Shown in pieces: positions 15,370 to 25,502 of a stretch of DNA of 64,000 nucleotides (its first letter is position 1; each line of letters starts with the position of its first letter). The position numbers and the translations under genes are program-made. A model generated the notes under the pieces. That model worked only from the letters and a program-made list of their open reading frames with translations. It made no database searches and was not told where the DNA came from. This DNA is from Octopus sinensis (lineage: Eukaryota), in assembly GCF_006345805.1 (NCBI RefSeq), contig NW_021836132.1:1-64000 (forward strand). Direction: 5' to 3'.

Positions 15370-17077
15370 ATGGAGATGTTAGACCAAGCAGTAAATTCAA
15401 ATAAATCACAAAAATAGAAATTTAAATCAAAATGGGGAATAAAAAACCGTGGATTAAACTCATTAAAAATGTACCCAGTTAGTTTAAGTTGGCTGAAAAC
15501 ATTTGTAATCAACACGTCAGGAAAGTTGTACTTTTATTGGCTGTCACTCATGTTTTTGGTGGTGTTGTACAACACACTCATTCTGACAGCCAGATGGTCA
15601 TTCTGGCGACTGCAGGAGGACTTTTCAGTGGCTTGGACTGTGTTGGATGTGTTTTCAGATGTGGTTTATGTGATTGACATATTCCTCAAGTCCAGGGAAG
15701 GTGAGAGTTGTCCGCAATGTAGGCTTCCTTGAACAGGGAATTGTGGTGACTGACATTACAAAGTTGGGACAAAAATATAGGGCGACTTTTCAGTTTAAAT
15801 TGGACATTATTTCAGTCATCCCTCTGGACTATCTCTACTTCACAAACCGAGGACTATTCGATAATTATTTCCCCGAAATGCGAGCAAATAGAATTCTAAA
15901 AATATATGTAATCGTCAAATATTTCAACTTGGTGGAAAACAAAACCAAATTTCCTAACATTTTCCGAGTAATCGAACTAGTGGCTTACATCTTGATTATA
16001 ATCCACTGGAATGCCTGTGTGTATTTCTCAGTCAGCAATTCGATTGGATTCTGTTCTGACCGATGGGTGTACGACATGTGTGGGTCAGGGAAGGACCAGT
16101 TGATATATATGTATATATACAGCTTCTATTGGTCTACTCTCACTTTGACTACAATTGGAGAAGTCCCTCGACCTGTCACTAATTTTGAACATTTTTTTGT
16201 AGTCCTCGACTTTTTAATCGGGGTCCTCATCTTCGCAACCATCGTGGGGAATATTGGGAGTATGGTCACCAACATTAACTCTTCGAGGATCGAGTTCCAA
16301 CAGAGTATGGACGGGGTTAAACAGTACATGGAATTACGCCATGTTGACAAATCACTGCAAATTAAGATCCTCAAATGGTTCAACTATCTTTCCGCAAATA
16401 AACAGTCTCTTAATGATGACAAGGCTCTCGATATTCTCCCAAGCAGACTCAGGGCTGAGATTGCTCTTAATCTTCATTTTGAGACACTCAAACAAGTCAA
16501 ATTATTCAAAAATGTCGAGGCTGGTCTTCTCATGGAAGTTGTTCTTAAACTCCGACTTCAAGTCTTCAATCCCGACGACTATATCTGCAGAAAGGGGGAC
16601 ATTGGGCGGGAAATGTATATTGTCAAAAAAGGGATCCTCAACGTCGTCTCCGAGGACGGGAACACAATTTTTGCCACCCTCAAGGAAGGTGCTATTTTTG
16701 GGGAACTGAGCATTATGAATATTCCTGGGAATAAGACTGGGAATAAGCGGAGTGCTAGTATCCGCAGTTTTGGGTACAGTGATCTGTTTGTGCTACAGAA
16801 GGATGACTTGTGGGATGTCCTTAAGGAATATCCCGAGGCTGAAAAAACTTTCATAGCCACGGGGGAAGAGATTCTTAGAAAGGATGGTCTTTTGGACGAG
16901 GAATTGGCCGAACAGGCCAAAATTGATAGAGAAAATGAAAAATTGCAAATTTTGGCTTTGTCGAGTAAAGTTGATAAATTGGAGAGGACTCTTGTCTCCT
17001 TTATTGGGACATTTGAATCACGACAAATTCAACTAAAAAATAGATTGGATTTGCTTGAGGGTCGAATAAATATATAA
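15370..17077 (+). CDS. CNGA: Cyclic nucleotide-gated cation channel alpha subunit (CNGA/TAX-4-like)
   Basis: SREG|FLEQG junction across a 22-nt intron (15701-15722), IIIHWNAC, pore YWSTLTLTTIGEVPRP, C-linker, and CNBD GDIGREMYI..FGELS..RSASIRSFGYSDLF. A probable first micro-intron lies at 15391-15417; start codon tentative. Confidence 0.92.
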
Positions 17078-17240
17078 TTCTATTTTAATGTCATTTTTTA
17101 AATACATTTTTGAATAACAATTTTTCTTTTGTTGAATTAATAAGTTTTTTCGAACTAAATAATTTGTTATTTCTATCAATGTTAATAATTTATAAAATAT
17201 ATTTTAAACATATTTTTTAAATATTTTTAAATATATCACG

Positions 17241-18192
17241 TTGCGTGAATTCACGTGCAACGTCGGTACCCCTCAGGGAGACGCCCTCTCGCCGTTGCTA
17301 TTCGTGATCTATCTGGAGACGGCACTACGAGACCTTCGAAAATTCTATGCTGGCAATATCGTCGAAATTGTATATGCAGATGACGTCGACTTCGTGTCAG
17401 ACGACAAATCGGCCTTACTTCGACTCCTTGAAGTGGCACCTGCTGAGCTGAACAGATGGTTCCTTAAAATGAACGTTGGAAAAACCGACATCGTTGAAAT
17501 CATGAGGATGGAGAGCAGCTCAAGTGAAGCCTGGCGCAAAACGAACAAACTCGGTTCTCTACTTGGGGACGGCCATGATATTGTCAGAAGAAAGGCTCTC
17601 GCTTGGGCCACGATGAACAAGATAAAGAAAGAGTGGATCGGCAAACGACGACTCTGTACGTCACTTCGTCTGAGGATGTATGAAGCCTTTGTCAAACCAA
17701 TCCTGACATATAATTCGGCGACCTGGGGAATGTCTAGTACTGAACAACGTGGACTCGATTCTTTTCACCGCAGGCAACTTAGATCCCTACTGGGATTGAA
17801 CTGGCCTATAAGAATCAACCAGGAATCGCTATACAATAGATGCAGAACTGGCCCTCTGAGTGTGGAAATCGTTAATATGCGGTGGAGGTTATTTGGCCAT
17901 ATTCTACGAATGGACATGCTTGCCCCAGCTAACATAGCAATGGAGGGCTACTTCCTGAAAGAGGGATCGAGCTTCCGTGGACGTCCACGTGTTACGCTGC
18001 CGGAAACACTTGACGGAGACCTGAAATGTGTGAAGAAAAGGCTAAGGAGTGGTGAGGATCTGGACGAGCTGAGGAAACTCGCTCACGACAGAGGAGGTTG
18101 GAGGAGGCTGGTTCAAAGGATTGTTTTTAATGCTGCACGAGTAAAATTATAACTAATATGATTCTACGTATGTTGCAAATAATAATAATAAT
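17241..18192 (+). mobile_element. 5'-truncated RTE-clade LINE with (TAA)n tail
   Basis: GTPQGDALSPLLF, YADD, LDSFHRRQLRSLLG, WRLFGHILR and GRPRVT in a 303-aa open frame; TAA repeats at 18178-18192. Confidence 0.88.
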
Positions 18193-18194
18193 TT

Positions 18195-19332
18195 ATGATA
18201 AGAAAGCAGATTCTATTTGGCTTGTTTCTTGGCCAGTTTGTGTCTTTAGCCATATTCGGGACCTCAATAACAAGCGAATATTTGCAAGAAAAAAATTTTA
18301 ATGTTCCTTTAAGTAACATATTTATTAAAAATTGTCTTTCTAGCTCAAAATGTTTTCTTTTATTTGATCATATCAATTTTTACATGTTCATACAGTCTCT
18401 ACAAAAAGTTAAATTCAAAAATTTGGATTGTTTTTAAGTAAGTTTGGTCTCAAACCCTAAGAGAAAATTGGATAGCTTTTTTACTAGTTTCAGTAACAGA
18501 CGTCGAAGGCAATTATTTGGTAGTGAAAGCCTACAGTAATGCAAATATAACAAACATCCAAGTTAACTTATTTCTATATTCTAGTTAATGGATTCACTTA
18601 TCATTGTCACTGTGTTTATAATCTGTTCTACATTACTCAAAGTTAAATATAAAATTGTGCATGGAATATGTATAATTGCTGTCCTTTTTGGTTCGAGTTG
18701 TCTTGTTGTTGGGGACATTTTATTATATGGATATTCAGGTTTTTTGGTACAAAAATATTTTTTAGGTTTTAAATCTATTTCTGGACTTGTTTTTGCTTTT
18801 TTTGGTTTTGTTAGTTATGGTATTTCTAATGTCATCCAAGAATATATTGTCAAGACTACTAATACGCTACAATTCATGACAATTTTTAGCACATTTGGGT
18901 TACTTATAACAGCCGCACAAATGTAGTATATATATCTAATGCCAGGGGTATTTTAGAGTATGAAACACTTAAAAAAGTGCCCTTCAATGGATATATTGGA
19001 GGGGCGATTGTCGGATATACCAGTTGTATGATCTTTATATATTCTCTTGTACCTTACGTAATGAAATACAGCGGAGCTTTGATGTTAAATATAGGTGTAT
19101 TGTCGTCGGATATATTTACGCATATCTATGGGTATATACGACTTCATTATAAAGTATGTATAGGATTAATTTTTAGTTTCATTATTTACATGTTTTTGCG
19201 TTTTTTGTTGTGACGTTTGGAGGTGCGACTTATGCTTTTTATGAACCCGCATCCGAACCTGATTATACACTTTTTAAAAAAATAACAACAGTGAAACAAA
19301 AAGAGAACATAAATGAAATTGATCTTATTTAA
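18195..19332 (+). CDS. SLC35F: Solute carrier family 35 member F1/F2-like (multi-exon)
   Basis: LFLGQFVSLAIFGTSITSEYL, VTDVEGNYLVVKAYSN, Q|LMDS, YGISNVIQEYIVK, LVPYVMKYSGALMLNIGVLSSD motifs joined by 23-31 nt introns. Confidence 0.85.
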
Positions 19333-19797
19333 AAAATATATTTTTATGCTAAGCAAAAGTACATATCTTAGGAATTTTTAAGTTACAAGTCCATTTTATG
19401 TTGTCTAACTTGGACCCACACACAAGAAAAAGAAAAACAAGTAAAGATAATTTCCCAGCCCTACCTACGATTAGTTAAAAAATTAACTCTTTGCTTAAAA
19501 TAAAGTGTGTATCCTGCCAGTGGGGAGTTATAGAATACTCTGGCTCTGCGGAAAAGGCTATATTATTATAGTTCCATCCCATGTTAATATAATACGTACT
19601 ATTTTCACTCATTTAGGATAAATTAATTCCAACTCTTTCAAAAAGATTCAAAGAATAATATCCCGAGCGGATCCCTCCGTAGTTCCAACTATTAACAATT
19701 CCAACTAACATTTCGAGGATAATATTTGGATACATTAGCAAATGGCTTCCAAAAAACAAATTCGTTGTGGTCCGAGATAGAATGAACAAGAATTAAC

Positions 19798-19853
19798 GAA
19801 ATTTAAAAGAATTAACAAAAGGACGCCACCGGGAGTGGAGCTTGCGGATCAAT
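19798..19853 (+). pseudogene. Decayed 18S rRNA fragment (56 nt)
   Basis: GAAATTTAAAAGAATTAACAAAAGGACGCCACCGGGAGTGGAGCTTGCGGATCAAT aligns ungapped at 45/56 (manual count) with the conserved SSU stretch GAAACTTAAAGGAATTGACGGAAGGGCACCACCAGGAGTGGAGCCTGCGGCTTAAT. Confidence 0.65.
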
Positions 19854-20029
19854 AGAATATTTTTCTACATTTTCTACACTAAACAATTATAAAATTTATA
19901 TTTTTAAAAAGAATGATTCAATAATCGAAGAAATTAAACAAAATTTTGAAAAATTCTGAAGAAATACTTACTTTTCAAGCTGACCAAAAAAAGAAGAAAA
20001 TTTACTTGCCCAAGTCTCATCCATTCGAC

Positions 20030-20500
20030 AGAGATTATTTCTCAGAATGGCTTATAGAATTGAACAAAAAATGATTTTGCAAAAAAATTCTAATTTTATT
20101 TGATAATGCTACTGTACACTTACATGATTTTGAGTTTAGTAACATCGAACTCTTTTTTTCCTCGAAATACAACATTGAATTTATACTTATGATGGCAACG
20201 TAGATCACAAAAAAAGTTACGGAAAAGTAGAATAAATTTACTCTATTGAATTGCTTGATATTCATAAATCAAGCTTGGTTAGAAGTATCGTAATTGACAA
20301 TTACAAATTGTTTCAAAAAAGCATTTGAAAATGCGTTAATATAGAACCTGACAGAAATAGAGGAAATAGATGATAAAAATTTTTTGAATCATGATCAAAT
20401 TGACGACGAAAACTTTATACAAAACTTTTGAAAAAACTAAAACAGCAAGACCAAAGTTAGAGAAGAAGATGAAAAAATTTATATTCCGATACTATATGAA
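20030..20500 (+). mobile_element. pogo/Tigger transposase fragment
   Basis: LFDNATVH, NIELFF, NQAWLEVS and ITNCFKKAF DDE_1 C-terminal motifs; degenerate. Confidence 0.6.
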
Positions 20501-20884
20501 GCTAGTGAATATGCGAAGGCGCATGAATTGTGGTTTCTTGAAAATGATTATGAACTAAGAGGAAAAGTATACGAAATACAAAACATTAAAAAAACTAATC
20601 ATTCTCAAAAAATCACCGATTACATGATTAATTTGATTCCATGTTCTATTTTTTTGTTTACGGAAGTCATTAATCCGGATAATTATGTTATAATAGTACG
20701 CTGGAACTCTTTTTTGATCGCGTCAGCCTCTCGTCCAGTAAAGAATCAGCCTTTTTAATTCACTAAATTAATTAATTAATCGCTACCTACAAAACCTTTA
20801 TTCATTAAAATTATGTTAATTCCAGGCCATTAATGTTAATTTAATTGGACAAACTCATCATTTGATTCTATTCTCCCGTTATAA

Positions 20885-21560
20885 GTGCATAGAATGTCTG
20901 GATTTGAAATTCAAAAATTTCTTTTTACCAAAAATGTTGAAAACTCGAAATCTAATCGAAAAAATCAAATTTTTAATGAATATTACAATTTTTTACAGAA
21001 AATGGAGGAAATAAAAACAAAACTAACTAAAGATACTCTAAGAGAATATCGATGGCTACTTCGTTATGACGTATTATAAATTTCAGAAATTAAAAGATTG
21101 ATTGTGCCTATTAAAAGCACAAATGATACAATTAAATATTATTCTTATATTGAACAAAACTTCAAAATTTTGCACGAATGCCATTCATCATTGGGTCATC
21201 GAGGTCAAAATAGAATGATGTATGAGATTAAACAAAAATATAACTAAAGAAATGGTTATGATTTATTTGAATTTATGCGAAATATGGCAGAAAAAAAGCG
21301 AAAATCCCTTAAAAAAGAATTGTAGTTAGACCTATTCAAAATGAACAATTTAATTCAAAATGTCAAGTCGATTTAATTGATATGAAAACTCTACCCGGTG
21401 GAGAATTTAAGTTCATTATGGTTTACCAGGATCATTTAACAAAATTTTTTCAACTAGGAGCATTAAAATCCAAAAAAGCTCAAAAAAGAGCTTCTAATTT
21501 ATTGGATTTACTTACAAAATTCGGTGTTCCTGATATAGAGTGTACAAAAATAAAAACTGA
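20885..21560 (+). mobile_element. Degenerate rve integrase (KRBA2/SCAND3/Ginger-like)
   Basis: ILHECHSSLGHRGQNRM zinc-binding motif; NSKCQVDLIDMKTLPGGEFKFIMVYQDHLTKF..LKSK core start. Confidence 0.75.
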
Positions 21561-21911
21561 ACATGCTTTTTCTTATAAATTTACAATGGGACAGTTGTTT
21601 TGAAAAACATATATTTATGCACTTTTCATGAAATCGAAAATTCAAAACCAAAAAAACTGAACAAATTTAATTTACCTAAATATATCAAGGAAAAGATTTT
21701 ATTTTTTTTAATTTTTCAAATTTAATCATTTGTAATCTCGATACATGTTTAGTCATACAACATCTGAAGAAAAAGGCATAATAATTTTGAATTTATAAAT
21801 TGCAGCATATAGATTGCTTGTGATGTTATTTCATCTTGTCCAAACAATTGCTTTTTATTCTTCTCAACAATCCTATTCTATCAATTATTCGTTCTGTTCT
21901 TATTCCTTCGT

Positions 21912-22100
21912 ATGGAGGTCTCTCATCCCACTCTTAATCCCGTTTCCCCCTGCTCAATCTGCAACATGATTAACAAAAGAAAGAAGGGCCGTCCCTGTTC
22001 ATCGTGTTCTCTGTTCTTTCATCTTTCTTATGTCTCCCTTTCTCGCTGCACTTCGGAACGTATTCCATCTTGGGTAAATTTGGAAAAACATACAGTGAAA
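21912..22100 (+). mobile_element. PHD-finger-like remnant, probably LINE ORF1
   Basis: PCSICNMINKRKKGRPCSSCSLFFHLS(Y)VSL..IPSW fits a C4HC3 spacing. Homologous decayed copies occur near 51630-51780 and 55170-55320. Confidence 0.5.
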
Positions 22101-23494
22101 TACAAGATATCGCCAAAAGATTGCTCGGCACGATATCGAAAATAATCAGAAGCTATTTAAACGACTGCTCGACGGACAAAAAACCCGGGTCTGGTTGACC
22201 ATCGTTGCTTAATCGCTAAAAAATATTTCAAAGGAATGAGGTTCGAAAAGTGAATGTCCATTTCAACTGTGTTAAATATGCCAAAACTTTTACCAAAAAA
22301 CAAGAAAATCAGTAACAGCTCAGACAATAAAAAATACAATAAAAAATTGGTCTGAATGCTTATCCGCCCACAAAAAGGCCACTTCTTACCAAAAGCAACT
22401 ATTTGTGGTCCTCAGAAGTGGTTTTTGATGACCTCCGGAGTATCCGTATAATAAAATGTTTGTATCATCCAATAGACCACATAAAATGTCTAAACCTACC
22501 TACCAACTCTAACTAAGGATACACGACACGTCATCTCAAGATGTGAGGCCTACTAGTCCAGAAATCAATATGCGAGTTCTCCACATGTATGTAACCAATC
22601 TAGGAAGACGTATCATGAATCCTTAGTTTAAGATGGTAGGAAGACTGTAGAAAAAAAGTCGAACAAGTTAATATAGTCGACAATCAGCCTAACTTGTCCA
22701 CAGACGTGGAAACGAGTAAAGTGATTGGACCAAATGGAAAAGGAATTTTTTCGGTAATTTGGAAGCTCATTGGAAAGGAGACCATATTGTTTACTGTTTA
22801 ATAAATCATTATCAAATGATGTCATGAAAACGTCCAAATTATTGAATCATATTACAGTCCGACCTCTAATTGGGGCGCACCTCCAGGGGTGGGGCACCTC
22901 TTTTTTTGGGGAAAACTCTGTTTTGGGGCATTATAAATTTTTTTAACCAAATTATAAAAAATCAATTAATTTTAACATCTCTATTTGGGGCATTGATTTT
23001 TTATTAAATAAAATTAATTATACCAATTTAAAAAATAAATATTTTAAGACACGTTTCATTTCAAATTTCTTGTGTAATGCCTTTGAATTATGAAACCAAG
23101 TTGAAGATTGCTGATCATCTTTTGAAGAAAGAACATTCTGAGAGGAGATTATCCATAATGTACAATACTAGCAAGGGAACTATTTTTCGTATAAAAAAGA
23201 ATATTCTTCCATTTATCAAAAAAGGATTTCTTTCCTCATCATTAAGTGAAAATAAAAACGGATTTGATGAAAAAGTCCTTGATATTTTTCAGCGTCTAAG
23301 GGATCAGAATGTTCCAGTTTCTGGAACTCTTTTAAAAAAAATTTGAACCATTAATAATCGGAAAATATAGAAATACTAGATGTTTCAAAAAATTTTCCCC
23401 CGAAATTTATGGAATTTTATACTCTTCGTCCAAAAATGCGTGGATGACAAGAGACATTTTTATATCCTGGCAAAAAAATTAATGAAAAAATGAT

Positions 23495-25502
23495 TGTCGC
23501 AGTAAATAGGGATTCCAGGAAATAGCGATCCGTAGTAAATAGAGCGCATAGTATTCAAATATAAATAAATTAAGCAATTTATATGTCTATTTAGTAATAA
23601 TCATTTTTATTTTTGAAAATGTTTTTATTTTTTGCAAAAAATAATAAATTTTTATTTGAGCATGGGATATCTATCGATGTGCAATTATGAAAGGGATCAG
23701 ATTATTGATTATCTAGTCAATGCGAATTTACCGTCAACACTCAGTACCGCCAATGAAATTCGTTCCTTCAGGCTCCGGGCGAGTAAGTTTATTCACTTTC
23801 CGCCGAATCTTATGTTTAAACGTGGAGTTGATCATTTTGTCCGATTTTTTACTGTTGAAGAACAAGAACAACTTTATGATTATGTCCGGTTGTGTCACCT
23901 GGATACGGGGCATCCAGGTCGAGATAAATTATTCAATCATATGAAGAACTTGGCATATGGAATTAGCATAGAACATGTGAATCATGTTCTAAGTGCATGT
24001 ACAACTTGCATAGCTCGTCGTACGCTCGCAACCAGGAGACAAATTACTCCAATAATTGCCAAGTTTTCACGAGAAAGGCTGATTATCGATCTTGTGGACC
24101 TAAGATATTACAGCGATCAAAATAGTGGCGAAAAATGGTTGCTGGTGATAATGGACTCGTTTACGAAATACTGTTGGACTTCAGCACTGAAATCAAAGAA
24201 CTCGGCTGATGTGATACCGAGGATACGAAGTGTTGTTCTTTCTTTGGGGGAAGTATTCATAATACATACCGACAATGGACTTGAATTCTGCAACTCGCGG
24301 ATGACGCAGTTGTGCGAAGAATTTGGAATTCGCCATGTCAGGGGGAGGGCCCGATGTCCCTGGATACAGGGTCAAGTGGAACGACTTAATCAGACACTCA
24401 AATGGATGCTCAGTTCGACGTTATTAACCAACGGGAATGGATTTCGTTGGATTGATATCCTCGAAAATATAACATACGCATATAATACAAGGATACACTC
24501 TACAACGCGCTTTTCTCCTGTTCATTTGATGTATGGCCCACGGATTAGAGAACAAATGGCTCGAGGTCATACTCAGGCACTCATTGAATATATTGATTCC
24601 ATCAATCAACTTGACTACAATGAAGAGCCAAGAACCGAGCAAATTCAACAAGAACTACATGGACTTGATGTGGAAACAAACGACAACGAGATGGATCGAC
24701 TTGTAGTAGCTTCTGCAGCAGCCGAAGATTTACGAGATATTGCGAGGAGGAATACTAATAGTGCTGCTGAATCCATGAGGAGACGATCTAATTGGAGGAA
24801 TGATATCCTTGACTTTCCTCTGGGGACGAAAGTGGTCATCCACACCGACACAGATACGAATACAACAACACGCCGTCGACCATTCCACGAACATTTGGAT
24901 TGTACTGAATATACTGTCGTTGGGATTTTACAGCACGACAGGGTCCAAATTAGTTCGACGAATATGTTGATCAATCATGAGGCCCCTTACGAGATCGATA
25001 TTAATAGACTAGCTATCGTTGGAAAACTATAAAAATTTTGTTTCGGAATAAACTTCTTTATATCTTAAATTTTTGTTCTTTTATGATTGCAATCGAAAAT
25101 AGACAACTATTTGCTATTTCAAAAAAAAAAGAATTTGAATTACTTTTCCATATTTTCATTTTTGTTTAAATAAAATGAAATCGAAACTAAAATACACTCC
25201 ATAAAGATTTAAACGCGAAATTGACTAAATTGTTAACAAAAAGCGTCATTTAAACATTTAAAAAAATTAACAATTCAAACAATAAACGAATCTATTCTTA
25301 AGCAAATATTTTCATTATTCCTGTACGATTTTAAAGCAGATTTTGTAGTAAGCTATTTATTAATTTATAAAATTATCAAATTAACGAAAAAATCGTCCTG
25401 CACAGTATTTGTCTTTATAGATTTCTCTATTTGGACAATATAAAATTTTATAATTATTTTACTTCGGATCGCTATTTCCTGGTATCTCTATTTACTGTAA
25501 CA
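23495..25502 (+). mobile_element. Complete Ginger-like (retroviral-integrase) DNA transposon
   Basis: TGT..ACA termini with about 45-bp imperfect TIRs (TGTCGCAGTAAATAGGGATTCCAGGAAATAGCGATCCG), perfect 5-bp TSD ATGAT at 23490-23494 and 25503-25507, single integrase ORF, no LTR or RT. Confidence 0.9.
23632..25032 (+). CDS. Intact integrase-type transposase (HHCC + rve DDE), first ATG at 23662
   Basis: CHLDTGHPGRDK..CTTC zinc-binding domain; IIDLVD, HTDNGLEF and QGQVERLNQTLK catalytic D,D,E; YNTRIHSTTRFSP. Confidence 0.92.
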   Translation: MQKIINFYLSMGYLSMCNYERDQIIDYLVNANLPSTLSTANEIRSFRLRASKFIHFPPNLMFKRGVDHFVRFFTVEEQEQLYDYVRLCHLDTGHPGRDKLFNHMKNLAYGISIEHVNHVLSACTTCIARRTLATRRQITPIIAKFSRERLIIDLVDLRYYSDQNSGEKWLLVIMDSFTKYCWTSALKSKNSADVIPRIRSVVLSLGEVFIIHTDNGLEFCNSRMTQLCEEFGIRHVRGRARCPWIQGQVERLNQTLKWMLSSTLLTNGNGFRWIDILENITYAYNTRIHSTTRFSPVHLMYGPRIREQMARGHTQALIEYIDSINQLDYNEEPRTEQIQQELHGLDVETNDNEMDRLVVASAAAEDLRDIARRNTNSAAESMRRRSNWRNDILDFPLGTKVVIHTDTDTNTTTRRRPFHEHLDCTEYTVVGILQHDRVQISSTNMLINHEAPYEIDINRLAIVGKL

